Below, one piece after another: positions 15,001 through 30,618 of a stretch of DNA of 64,000 bases. A model generated the notes under the pieces. That model was not told where the DNA came from, searched no databases, and saw only the letters and a list, made by a program, of their open reading frames with translations. Source of the DNA: the human T2T-CHM13v2.0 reference genome, Homo sapiens. The DNA lies in the NCBI GenBank assembly GCA_009914755.4, contig CP068257.2:10816001-10880000 (forward strand), written 5' to 3'. Position numbers and translations under genes: made by a program. Within the stretch, counting starts at the first letter, position 1. Each line of letters begins with the position of its first letter.

Positions 15001-15550
15001 CTATATATTACATACTTTACATAAAATATCAAAGTACCCAAATTGTATATTATATACTGTACATGAAATATCAAAGTACCGAAAATATATATTACGTACT
15101 GTGCATAAAATATGAAGGTACATCAAATATATATTATATTCTGTACATAAAATATCAAAGTACACCAAAATATATTATATACCGTACATAATATATTAAA
15201 GTCGCCCAAATATATATTATATACTGTACATAATATATTATGGTCTCCCAAATATATGTTATATACTGTACATAAAATATGAAGGTACATCAAATATATA
15301 TTATATTGTGTACATAAAATATCAAAGTACACATAATATATATTATATTCTGTACAGAAAATATCAAAGTACACCAAAACATATTATATACTGTACATAA
15401 TATATTAAATTCCTGCAAATATATATTATATACTGTACATAAAATATAAAAGTATTCAAAATATGTATAATATACTGTACATAAAATATGAAAGTACCCA
15501 AACATTTATAATAAACTGTACATAAAATAACAAAGTACTCAAACTATATA
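6000..15550 (+). repeat. HSat1 domain with short or irregular higher-order periodicities (about 0.6-2.6 kb), HOR family distinct from downstream
   Basis: Seen: the variant monomer pair 'atgaaagtacccaaacatttataataaactgtacataaaataacaaagtactcaaac' recurs every about 0.3-1.7 kb (for example about 6660, 7290, 8870, 9170, 10700, 11600, 13270, 14490). Minus-strand ORFs starting 'MCTFIIYV.../MGTFIIYV...' recur at 6967, 7553, 9176, 11132, 13702, 14958. ORF 10698..11132 is nearly identical to 13268..13702 (offset 2570). The 'aaaataacaaagtac' variant is rare after about 15.5 kb. Boundaries are approximate. Confidence 0.4.
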
Positions 15551-15774
15551 TTGTATACAGTACATAAAATATCAAAGTACCCAAACTGTATATTATATAC
15601 TGTACAGAAAATATCAAAGTATCCAAAATATATATTATGTACTTTACATAAAATATGGAGGTACATCAAATATATATTATATCCTGTACATAAAATATCA
15701 AAGTACCCAAAGTATGTATTATATACTGTACATAAAATATCAAAGTACCCAAAGTATATATTATATACTGTACA

Positions 15775-17300
15775 TAAAATATCAAAGTACCCAAATTATG
15801 TATTATATACTGTACGTAAAATATCAGAGTACACAAAATATGCATTATATACTGTACATAAAATATGAAAGTAACCAAACATTTATAATAAACTATACAT
15901 AAAATATCAAAGTACTCAAACTATATATCATATACTGTACATAAAATATCAAAGTACCCAAACTGTGTATTATTATATACTGTATATAAAATATCAAAGT
16001 ACCTGAAATATATATTGTATACTGTACATAAAATATCAAAGTACCAAAGTATCTATTATATACTGTACATAAAATATAAACTACCCCAAATATATATTAT
16101 ATGCTGTATATAAAATATCAAAGTACACAAATTATGTATTATATGCTGTACATAAAATATCAAGGTACCCAAAATATATATTGTAAACTGTAGATAAAAT
16201 ATCAAAGTACCCAAAATATATATTATATATTGTACATAAAATATGAAGGCACATCCAATATATATTATATTCTGTACATAAAATATCAAAGTACACCAAA
16301 TGTATATTATATACTGTACATAAAATATCAAAGTACCCAAAGTGTATATTATATACTGTACATAAAATATGAAGTTTCAACAAATATATTTTATATTCTG
16401 TACATAAAATATCAAAGTACCCAAATTATGTATTATATACTGTACGTAAAATATCAGAGTACCCAAAATATGCATTATATACTGTACATAAAATATGAAA
16501 GTAACAAAAAATTTATAATAAACTGTACATAAAATATCAAAGTACTCAAACTATATATCATATACTGTACATAAAATATCAAAGTACACAAACTGTGTAT
16601 TATTATATACTGTATATAAAATATCAAAGTACCTGAAATATATATTGTATACTGTACATAAAATATCAAAGTACCCAAAGTATCTATTATATACTGTACA
16701 TAAAATATAAACTACCCCAAATATATATTATATGCTGTATATAAAATATCAAAGTACACAAAATATGTATTATATGCTGTACATAAAATATCAAGGTACC
16801 CAAAATATATATTTTAAACTGTAGATAAAATATCAAAGTACCCAAAATATATATTATATATTGTACATAAAATATGAAGGCACATCCAATATATATTATA
16901 TTCTGTACATAAAATATCAAAGTACACCAAATGTATATTATATACTGTACATAAAATATCAAAGTACCCAAAGTGTATATTATATACTGTACATAAAATA
17001 TGAAGTTTCATCAAATATATTTTATATTCTGTACATAAAATATCAAAGTACCCAAATTATGTATTATATACTGTACGTAAAATATCAGAGTACCCAAAAT
17101 ATGCATTATATACTGTACATAAAATATGAAAGTAACAAAACATTTATAATAAACTGTACATAAAATATCAAAGTACTCAAACTATATATCATATACTGTA
17201 CATAAAATATCAAAGTACCCAAACTGTGTATTATTATATACTGTATATAAAATATCAAAGTACCTGAAATATATATTGTTTACTGTACATAAAATATCAA
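15775..17300 (+). repeat. Local tandem duplication of a 630-631-bp (about 15-monomer) block, about 2.4 copies
   Basis: Seen: '...ccaaattatgtattatatactgtacgtaaaatatcagagtac...atgaaagtaac(c/a)aaa...tttataataaact.tacataaaatatcaaagtactcaaactatatatcatatactg...tgtgtattattatatactgtatataaaatatcaaagtacctgaaatatatattgt...' starts at about 15775, 16406 and 17037. ORFs 16056..16340 and 16687..16971 (94 aa) match, as do 16230..16532 and 16861..17163 (100 aa), at offset 631. The third copy diverges after about 17300. Confidence 0.7.
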
Positions 17301-17388
17301 AGTACCCAAAATATATACTATATACTGTACATAAAATATGAAGGTACATCAAATATATATTATATCCTGTACATAAAATATCAAAGTA

Positions 17389-20300
17389 CACCTATTTGAT
17401 ATTGTGTACTGTACATAATATATTAAATCACCCAAATATATATTGTATACTGTATATAAAATATGAAGGTACTTCTAATATATATTATATGTTGCACATA
17501 AAATATCAAAGTACCCAAAGTATGCATTACATACTGTACATAAAATATCAAAGTACACAAATTATATATTATATAATGTACATAAAATATGAAGGTTCAT
17601 CAAATATATTTTATATTCTGTACATAATATATCAAAGTACATCAAATATATATTATATACGGTACATAAAATATCAAAGTACCCAAAATATGTATAATTT
17701 ACTGTACATAAAATATGAAAGTAACCAAACATTTATAATAAACTGTACATAAAATATCAAAGTACTCAATCTACATATTATATACAGTATATAAAATATC
17801 AAAGTACACAAACTGTATATTATATACTATACATAATATATCAAAGTACCCAGAATATATAGCATACTGTACATAAAATATCAAAGTACCCAAAATATAT
17901 ATTGTATTCTGTACACAAAATATGAAGGTACATCAAAGATATATTATATTCTGTACATAAAATGTCAAAGTACACCAAATATATATTAAATGCTGTACAT
18001 AATATATTAAAGTTGCCCATATATACATTATATACTGTACATAAAGTATGCACGTACATCAAATATATAGTATATGCTGCACATAAAATATCAAAGTACC
18101 CAAAGTATGTATTATACACTGTACATAAAATATCAAAGTACCAAAACTATATATTACATACTGTAAATAAAATATGAAGGTACCTCAAATATACATTATA
18201 TTCTGTACATAAAATATCAAAGTACACCAAGTATATACTATATAATCTGCATAAAATATTAAATTACCCAAAATATGTATTGTATTGTGTACATAAAATA
18301 TGAAAGTAACCAAACATTTATAATAAACTCTACATAAAATATCAAAGTACTCAAACTGTATATTATATACTGTACATAAAGTATCAAAGTACCCAAACTG
18401 TGTAGTATATACTGTACATAAAATATCAAGGTACCCAAGATATATATTGTAAACTGTAGATAAAATGTCAAAGTACCCAAAATATATACTATATACTGTA
18501 CATAAAATATGAAGGCACATCCAATATATATTATATTCTGTACATAAAATATCAAAGTACACCAAATGTATATTATACACTGTACATAAATTATAAAAGT
18601 ACCCCAAATATATATTATATACTCTACATAAAATATCAAAGTACCCAAAATATATATTATATACTGTACATAAAATATCAAAGTACCCATAGTATGTATT
18701 ATATCCTGTACATAAAATATGAAGGTACATCAAATATATATTCTATTCTGCACATAAAATATCATATTACAACAAATATATATTGTATACTGTATATAAA
18801 ATATGAAGGTACTTCAAATATATATTATATGCTTCACATAAAATATCAAAGTACCCAAAGTATGCATTATATACTGTACATAAAATATCAAAGTACCCAA
18901 AGTGTATATTATATACTGTACATAAAATATGAAGGTTCATCAAATATATTTTATATTCTGCACATAATATATCAAAGTACATCAAATATATATTATATAC
19001 TGTACATAAAATATGAAAGTATCAAAAATATGTATTATATACTGTACATAAAATATGAAAGTAACCAAATATTTATAATAAACTCTACATAAAATATCAA
19101 AGTACTCAAACTACATATTATATACAGTATATAAAATATCAAAGTACCCAAACTGTATATTATATACTGTACATACTATATCAAAGTACCCGAATATATA
19201 GCATACTGTACATAAAATATCAAAGTACCCAAAATATATATTGTATACTGTACATGAAATATGATGGTACATCAAAGATATATTCTGTACATAAAATATC
19301 AAAGTACACCAAATATATATTATATGCTGTACATAATATATTAAAGTTGACCAAATATATATTACATACTGTACATAAAATATGAAGGTACATCAAATAT
19401 ATATTATATGCTGCACATAAAATATCAAAGTACCCAAAGTATGTGTTATATACTGTAAATAAAATATCAAAGTACCCAAAGTATATATTATATACTGTAC
19501 ATAAAATATAAAATACCCCAAATATATATTTTATGCTATACATAAAATATCAAAGTACACAAAATATGTATTATATACTGAGCATAAAATATCAAAGGAC
19601 CCAAAATATATATTATATACTGTACATAAAATATCAAAATACCCAAAATATATATTATATACTGTACATAAAATACCAAAGTACCCAAAGTATATATTAT
19701 ATACCGTACAAAAAATATCAAAGTAGCCAAAATATGTATTATACACTGTACATAATATATGAAAGTACCCAAACATTTATAATAAACTGTACATAAAATA
19801 TCAATGTACTCAAACTATATATTATGTGCGGTACATAAGATATCAAAGTACCCATACTATATAGTATGTACTGTACTTAAAATATCAAAATACCCAAAAT
19901 ATATATTATATACGTTACATAAACTATCAAATACACAAAGTATGTATTATATACTGTACATAAAATAGCAAAGTTCCCAAAATATGTATTATATACTGTA
20001 CATAAAATATGAAAGTACCCAACCATTTATAATAAACTCTACATAAAATACCAAAGTACCCAAACTGTGTATTATATACTGTCCATAAATTATCAAAGTA
20101 CCCAAAATATATATTGAAAACTGTACATAAAATATCAAAGTAGCCAAAATGTATATTGTATACTGTACATAAAATATAAACGTACCCCAAATATATATTA
20201 TATACTGTACATAAAATATCAAAGTACCCATAATACATATTATATACTGTACATAAAATATCAAAGGACCCAAAATAAACATTATATACTGTACATAAAA

Positions 20301-20690
20301 TATCCAAATACTCAAAATATATATTACATACTGTACATAAAATATCAAAGTACCCAAATTATGTATTATATACTGTACGTAAAATATCAGAGTACCCAAA
20401 ATATGCATTGTATACTGTACATAAAATATGAAAGTAGCAAAACATTTATAATAAACTGTACATAAAATATCAAAGTACTAAAACTATATATCATGTACTG
20501 TACATAAAATATCAAAGTACCCAAACTGTGTATTATTATATACTGTCCATAAAATATCAAAGTACCTAAAATATTTATTGCATACTGTACATAAAATATC
20601 AAAGTACCCAAAATATATACTATATACTGTACATAAAATATGAAGGTACATCAAATATATATTATATCCTGTACATAAAATATCAAAGTA
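17389..20690 (+). repeat. One canonical HOR copy (3302 bp) delimited by the 'cacctatt...ttaaatcaccc' landmark
   Basis: Landmark at 17389 and again at 20691. ORF 18694..19092 recurs nearly identically at 21996..22394 (offset 3302). Confidence 0.55.
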
Positions 20691-23600
20691 CACCTATTAT
20701 ATATTGTGTACTGTACATAATATATTAAATCACCCAAATATATATTGTATACTGTATATAAAATATGAAGTTACTTCAAATATATATTATATGCCGCACA
20801 TAAAATATCAAAGTACCCATAGTATGCATTACATACTGTACATAAAATATCAAAGTACACAAATTATATATTATATAATGTACATAAAATATGAAGGTTC
20901 ATAAAATATACTTTATATTCTGTACATAATATATCAAAGTACATCAAATATATATTATATACGGTACATAAAATATCAAAGTACCCAAAATATGTATTAT
21001 TTACTGTACATATAATATGAAAGTAACCAAACATTTATAATAAACTGTACATGAAATATCAAAGTACTCAATCTACATATTATATACAGTATATAAAATA
21101 TCAAAGTACACAAACTGTATATTATATACTGTACATAATATATCAAAGTACCCAGAATATAGAGCATACTGTACATAAAATATCAAAGTACCCAAAATGT
21201 ATATTGTATGCTGTACATAAAATATGAAGGTACATCAAAGATATATTATATTCTGTACATAAAATATCAAAGTACACCAAATATATATTATGTGCTGTAC
21301 ATAATATATTAAAGTTACCCATGTATATATTTTATACTGTACATAAAATATGAAGGTACATCAAATATATAGTATATGCTGCACATAAAATATCAAAGTA
21401 CCCAAAGTATGTATTATATACTGTACATAAAATATCAAAGTACCAAAAGTATATATTACTTACTGTAAATAAAATATGAAAGTACCTCAAATATATATTA
21501 TATTCTGTACATAAAATATCAAAGTAGACCAACTATATACTATATACTCTACATAAAATATTAAATTACCCGACATATGTATTGTATTGTGTACATAAAA
21601 TATGAAAGTAACCAAACATTTATAATAAACTGTACATAAAATATCAAAGTACTCAAACTGTATATTATATACTGTACATAAAGTATCAAACTACCCAAAC
21701 TGTGTAGTATATACTGTACATAAAATATCAAGGTACCCAAAATGTATACTGTAAACTGTAGATAAAATATCAAAGCACCCAAAATATATATTATATACTG
21801 TACATAAAATATGAAGGCACATCCAATATATATTATATTCTGTACATAAAATATCAAAGTACACCAAATGTATATTATATACTATACATAAAATACAAAA
21901 GTACCCCAAATATATATTATCTACTCTACATAAAATATCAAAGTACCCAAAATATATATTATATACTGTACATAAAATATCAAAGTACCCATAGTATGTA
22001 TTATATCCTGTACATAAAATATGAAGGTACATCAAATATATATTCTATTCTGCACATAAAATATCATATTACACCAAATATATATTGTATACTGTATATA
22101 AAATATGAAGGTACTTCAAATATATATTATATGCTGCACATAAAATATCAAAGTACCCAAAGTATGCATTATATACTGTACATAAAATATCAAAGTACCC
22201 AAAGTGTATATTATACACTGGACATAAAATATGAAGGTTCATCAAATACATTTTATATTCTGCACATAATATATCAAAGTACATCAAATATATATTATAT
22301 ACTGTACATAAAATATCAAAGTACCAAAAATATGTATTATATACTGTACATAAAATATGAAAGTAACCAAATATTTATAATAAACTCTACATAAAATATC
22401 AAAGTACTCAAACTACATATTATATACAGTATATAAAATATCAAAGTACCCAAACTGTATATTATATACTGTACATACTATATCAAAGTACCCAAATATA
22501 TAGCATACTGTACATAAAATATCAAAGTACCCATAATATATATTGTATACTGTACATGAAATATGAGGGTACATCAAAGATATATTATATTCTGTACATA
22601 AAATATCAAAGTACACCAAATATATATGATATGCTGTACATAATATATTAAAGTCGAACAAATATATATTACATACTGTATATAAAATATGAAGGTACAT
22701 CAAATATATATTATATGCTGCACATAAAATATCAAAGTACCCAAAGTATGTATTATATACTGTACATAAAATACCAAAGTACCCAAAGTATATATTATAT
22801 ACCGTACAAAAAATATCAAAGTAGCCAAAATATGTATTGTACACTGTACATAATATATGAAAGTACCCAAACATTTATAATAAACTGTACATAAAATATC
22901 AATGTACTCAAACTATATATTATGTGCGGTACATAAGATATCAAAGTACCCATACTATATAGTATGTACTGTACTTAAAATGTCAAAATACCCAAAATAT
23001 ATATTATATACGTTACATAAACTATCAAATACACAAAGTATGTATTATATACTGTACATAAAATAGCAAAGTTCCCAAAATATGTATTATATACTGTACA
23101 TAAAATATGAAAGTACCCAACCATTTATAATAAACTCTACATAAAATACCAAAGTACCCAAACTGTGTATTATATACTGTCCATAAATTATCAAAGTACC
23201 CAAAATATATATTGAAAACTGTACATAAAATATCAAAGTAGCCAAAATGTATATTGTATACTGTACATAAAATATAAACATACCCCAAATATATATTATA
23301 TACTGTACATAAAACATCAAAGTACCCATAATACATATTATATACTGTACATAAAATATCAAAGGACCCAAAATAAACATTATATACTGTACATAAAATA
23401 TCCAAATACTCAAAATATATATTACATACTGTACATAAAATATCAAAGTACCCAAATTATGTATTATATACTGTACGTAAAATATCAGAGTACCCAAAAT
23501 ATGCATTGTATACTGTACATAAAATATGAAAGTAGCAAAACATTTATAATAAACCGTACATAAAATATCAAAGTACTAAAACTATATATCATATACTGTA

Positions 23601-23788
23601 CATAAAATATCAAAGTACCCAAACTGTGTATTATTATATACTGTCCATAAAATATCAAAGTACCTAAAATATATATTGCATACTGTACATAAAATATCAA
23701 AGTACCCAAAATATATACTATATACTGTACATAAAATATGAAGGTACATCAAATATATATTATATCCTGTACATAAAATATCAAAGTA
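20691..23788 (+). repeat. HOR copy, 3098-bp length variant (about 5 monomers shorter than canonical)
   Basis: Same landmark at 20691 and 23789. ORFs 19927..20307 and 23025..23405 are identical (offset 3098). ORFs 20387..20611 and 23485..23709 are near-identical. Confidence 0.55.
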
Positions 23789-26700
23789 CACCTATTATAT
23801 ATTGTGTACTGTACATAATATATTAAATCACCCAAATATATATTGTATACTGTATATAAAATATGAAGGTACTTCAAATATATATTATATGCTGCACATA
23901 AAATATCAAAGTACCCAAAGTATGCATTACATACTGTACATAAAATATCAAAGTACACAAATTATATATTATATAATGTACATAAAATATGAAGGTTCAT
24001 AAAATATACTTTATATTCTGTACATAATATATCAAAGTACATCAAATATATATTATATACGGTACATAAAATATCAAAGTACCCAAAATATGTATTATTT
24101 ACTGTACATAAAATATGAAAGTAACCAAACATTTATAATAAACTGTACATAAAATATCAAAGTACTCAATCTACATATTATATACAGTATATAAAATATC
24201 AAAGTACACAAACTGTATATTATATACTGTACATAATATATCAAAGTACCCAGAATATATAGCATACTGTACATAAAATATCAAATTACCCAAAATATAT
24301 ATTGTATACTGTACATAAAATATAAAGGTACATCAAAGATATATTATATTCTGTACATAAAATATCAAATTACACCAAATATATATTATATGCTGTACCT
24401 AATATATTAAAGTTGCCCATATATACATTATATACTGTACATAAAATATGAACGTACATCAAATATATAGTATATGCTGCACATAAAATATCAAAGTACC
24501 CAAAGTATGTATTATACACTGTACATAAAATATCAAAGTACCAAAAGTATATATTACATACTGTAAATAAAATATGAAGGTACCTCAAATATATATTAAA
24601 TTCTGTACATAAAATATCAAAGTCCACCAAGTATATACTATATACTCTGCAGAAAATATTAAATTACCCAAAATATGTATTGTATTGTGTACATAAAATA
24701 TGAAAGTAACCAAACATTTATAATAAACTGTACATAAAGTATCAAAGTACTCAAACTACATATTATATACAGTATATAAAATGTCAAAGTACCCAAACTG
24801 TATATTATATACTGTACATAATATATCAAAGTACCCAAATATATAGCATACTGTACATAAAATATCAAAGTACCCAAAATATATATTGTATACTGTACAT
24901 AAAATATGAAGGTACATCAAAGATATATTATATTCTGTACATAACATATCAAAGTACACCAAATATATATTATATGCTGTACATAATATATTAAAGTCGA
25001 CCAAATATATATTACATACTGTACATAAAATATGAAGGTACATCAAATATATATTATATGCTGCACATAAAATATCAAAGTACCCAAAGTATGTATTATA
25101 TACTGTACATAAAATATCAAAGTACCCAAAGTATATATTATATACTGTACATAAAATATAAAATACCCCAAATATATATTATATGCTGTACATAAAATAT
25201 CAAAGTACACAAAATATGTATTATGTAGTGTACATACAATATCAAAGGACCCAAAATATATATTATATACTGTACATAAAATATCAAAATACCCAAAATA
25301 TATATTATATACTGTACATAAAATACCAAAGTACCCAAAGTATATATTATATACCATAGAAAAAATATCAAAGTAGCCAAAATATGTATTATACACTGTA
25401 CATAATATATGAAAGTACCCAAACATTTATAATAAACTGTACATAAAATATCAATGTACTCAAACTATGTATTATGTGCGGTACATAACATATCAAAGTA
25501 CCCATACTATATAGTATATACTGTACATAAAATATCAAAGGTCCCAAAATAAACATTATATACTGTACATAAAATATCCAAATACCCAAAATATATATTA
25601 CATACTGTACATAAAATATCAAAGTACCCAAATTATGTATTATATACTGTACGTAAAATATCAGAGTACCCAAAATATGCATTATATACTGTACATAAAA
25701 TATGAAAGTAACAAAACATTTATAATAAACTGTACATAAAATATCAAAGTACTAAAACTATATATCATATACTGTACATAAAATATCAAAGTACCCAAAC
25801 TGTGTATTATTATATACTGTCCATAAAATATCAAAGTACCTGAAATATGTATTGCATACTGTACATAAAATATCAAAGTACCCAAAATATATACTATATA
25901 CTGTACATAAAATATGAAGGTACATCAAATATATATTATATCCTGTACATAAAATATCAAAGTACACCTATTATATATTGTGTACTGTACATAATATATT
26001 AAATCACCCAAATATATATTGTATACTGTATATAAAATATGAAGGTACTTCAAATATATATTATATGCTGCACATAAAATATCAAAGTACCCAAAGTATG
26101 CATTACATACTGTACATAAAATATCAAAGTACACAAAGTGTATATTATATACTGTACATAAAATATGTAGGTTCATCAAATATATTTTATATTCTGTACA
26201 TAATATATCAAAGTACATCAAATATATATTATATATGGTACATAAAATATCAAATTACCCAAAATATGTATTATTTACTGTGCATAAAATATGAAAGTAA
26301 CCAAACATTTATAATAAACTGTACATAAAATATCAAAGTACTCAATCTACGTATTATATACAGTATATAAAATGTCAAAGTACACAAACTGTATATTATA
26401 TACTGTACATAATATATCAAAGTACCCAGAATATATAGCATACTGTACATAAAATATCAAATTAGCCAAAATATATATTGTATACTGTACATAAAATATG
26501 AAGGTACATCAAAGATATATTATATTCTGTACATAAAATATCAAAGTACACCAAATATATATTATATGCTGTACATAATATATTAAAGTTGCCCATGTAT
26601 ACATTTTATACTGTACATAAAATATGAAGGTACATCAAATATATAGTATATGCTGCACATAAAATATCAAAGTACCCAAAGTATGTAATATATACTGTAC

Positions 26701-29700
26701 ATAATATATCAAAGTACCAAAAGTATATATTACATACTGTAAATAAAATATGAAGGTACCTCAAATATACATTATATTCTGTACATAAAATATCAAAGTA
26801 CACCAAATATATACTATATACTGTACATAAAATATTAAATTACCCAAAATATGTATTGTATTGTGTACATAAAATATGAAAGTAACCAATCATTTATAAT
26901 AAAATGTACATAAAATATCAAAGTACTCAAACTGTATATTATATACTGTACATAAAGTATCAAAGTACCCAAACTGTGTAGTATATACTGTACATAAAAT
27001 ATCAAGGTACCCAAGATATATATTGTAAACTGTAGATAAAATATCAAAGTACCCAAAATATATATTATATACTGTACATAAAATATGAAGGCACATCCAA
27101 TATATATTATATTCTGTACATAAAATATCAAAGTACACCAAATGTATATTATACACTGTACATAAATTATAAAAGTACCCCAAATATATATTATATACTC
27201 TACATAAAATATCAAAGTACCCAAAATATATATTATATACTGTACATAAAATATCAAAGTACCCATAGTATGTATTATATCCTGTACATAAAATATGAAG
27301 GTACATCAAATATATATTCTATTCTGCACATAAAATATCATATTACACCAAATATATATTGTATACTGTATATAAAATATGAAGGTACTTCAAATATATA
27401 TTATATGCTTCACATAAAATATCAAAGTACCCAAAGTATGCATTATATACTGTACATAAAATATCAAAGTACCCAAAGTGTATATTATATACTGTACATA
27501 AAATATGAAGGTTCATCAAATATATTTTATATTCTGCACATAATATATCAAAGTACATCAAATATATATTATATACTGTACATAAAATATCAAAGTATCA
27601 AAAATATGTATTATATACTGTACATAAAATATGAAAGTAACCAAATATTTATAATAAACTCTACATAAAATATCAAAGTACTCAAACTACATATTATATA
27701 CAGTATATAAAATATCAAAGTACCCAAACTGTATATTATATACTGTACATACTATATCAAAGTACCCGAATATATAGCATACTGTACATAAAATATCAAA
27801 GTACCCAAAATATATATTGTATACTGTACATGAAATATGATGGTACATCAAAGATATATTATATTCTGTACATAAAATATCAAAGTACACCAAATATATA
27901 TTATATGCTTTACATAATATATTAAAGTTGACCAAATATATATTACATACTGTACATAAAATATGAAGGTACATCAAATATATATTATATGCTGCACATA
28001 AAATATCAAAGTACCCAAAGTATGTGTTATATACTGTAAATAAAATATCAAAGTACCCAAAGTATATATTATATACTGTACATAAAATATAAAATACCCC
28101 AAATATATATTTTATGCTGTACATAAAATATCAAAGTACACAAAATATGTATTATATACTGAGCATAAAATATCAAAGGACCCATAATATATATTATATA
28201 CTGTACATAAAATATCAAAATACCCAAAATATATATTATATACTGTACATAAAATACCAAAGTACCCAAAGTATATATTATATACCGTACAAAAAATATC
28301 AAAGTAGCCAAAATATGTATTATACACTGTACATAATATATGAAAGTACCCAAACATTTATAATAAACTGTACATAAAATATCAATGTACTCAAACTATA
28401 TATTATGTGCGGTACATAAGATATCAAAGTACCCATACTATATAGTATGTACTGTACTTAAAATATCAAAATACCCAAAATATATATTATATACGTTACA
28501 TAAACTATCAAATACACAAAGTATGTATTATATACTGTACATAAAATAGCAAAGTTCCCAAAATATGTATTATATACTGTACATAAAATATGAAAGTACC
28601 CAACCATTTATAATAAACTCTACATAAAATACCAAAGTACCCAAACTGTGTATTATATACTGTCCATAAATTATCAAAGTACCCAAAATATATATTGAAA
28701 ACTGTACATAAAATATCAAAGTAGCCAAAATGTATATTGTATACTGTACATAAAATATAAACGTACCCCAAATATATATTATATACTGTACATAAAATAT
28801 CAAAGTACCCATAATACATATTATATACTGTACATAAAATATCAAAGGACCCAAAATAAACATTATATACTGTACATAAAATATCCAAATACTCAAAATA
28901 TATATTACATACTGTACATAAAATATCAAAGTACCCAAATTATGTATTATATACTGTACGTAAAATATCAGAGTACCCAAAATATGCATTGTATACTGTA
29001 CATAAAATATGAAAGTAGCAAACCATTTATAATAAACTGTACATATAATATCAAAGTACTTAAACTATATATCATATACTGTACATAAAATATCAAAGTA
29101 CCCAAACTGTGTATTATTATATACTGTCCATAAAATATCAAAGTACCTAAAATATATATTGCATACTGTACATAAAATATCAAAGTACCCAAAATATATA
29201 CTCTATACTGTACATAAAATATGAAGGAACATCAAATATATATTATATCCTGTACATAAAATATCAAAGTACACCTATTATATATTGTGTACTGTACATA
29301 ATATATTAAATCACCCAAATATATATTGTATACTGTATATAAAATATGAAGGTACTTCAAATATATATTATATGCTGCACATAAAATATCAAAGTACCCA
29401 AAGTATGCATTACATACTGTACATAAAATATCAAAGTACACAAATTATATATTATATAATGTACATAAAATATGAAGGTTCATAAAATATATTTTATATT
29501 CTGTACATAATATATCAAAGTACATCAATTATATATTATATACGGTACATAAAATATCAAAGTACCCAAAATATGTATTATTTACTGTACATAAAATATG
29601 AAAGTAACCAAACATTTATAATAAACTGTACATGAAATATCAAAGTACTCAATCTACATATTATATACAGTATATAAAATATCAAAGTACACAAACTGTA

Positions 29701-30618
29701 TATTATATACTGTACATAATATATCAAAGTACCCAGAATATATAGCATACTGTACATAAAATATCAAAGTACCCAAAATATATATTGTATACTGTACATA
29801 AAATATAAAGGTACATCAAAGATATATTCTGTACATAAAATATCAAATTACACCAAATATATATTATATGCTGTACATAATATATTAAAGTTGCCCATAT
29901 ATACATTATATACTGTACATAAAATATGAACGTACATCAAATATATAGTATATGCTGCACATAAAATATCAAAGTACCCAAAGTATGTATTATACACTGT
30001 ACATAAAATATCAAAGTACCAAAAGTATATATTACATACTGTAAATAAAATATGAAGGTACCTCAAATATATATTATATTCTCTACATAAAATATAAAAG
30101 TACACCAAGTATATACTATATACTCTGCATAAAATATTAAATTACCCAAAATATGTATTGTATTGTGTACATAAAATATGAAAGTAACCAAACATTTATA
30201 ATAAACTGTACATAAAATATCAAAGTACTCAAACTGTATATTATATACTGTACATAAAGTATCAAAGTACCCAAACTGTGTAGTATATACTGTACATAAA
30301 ATATCAAGGTACCCAAAATATATATTGTAAACAGTAGATAAAATATCAAAGTACCCAAAATATATATTATATACTGTACATAAAATATGAAGGCACATCC
30401 AATATATATTATATTCTGTACATAAAATATCAAAGTACACCAAATGTATATTATATACTGTACATAAAATATCAAAGTACCCAACGTGTATATTATATAC
30501 TGTACACAAAATATGAAGGTTCATCAAATATATTTTATATTCTGTACATAATATATCAAAGTACATCTAATATATATTATATACGGTACATAAAATATCA
30601 AAGTACCAAAAATATGTA

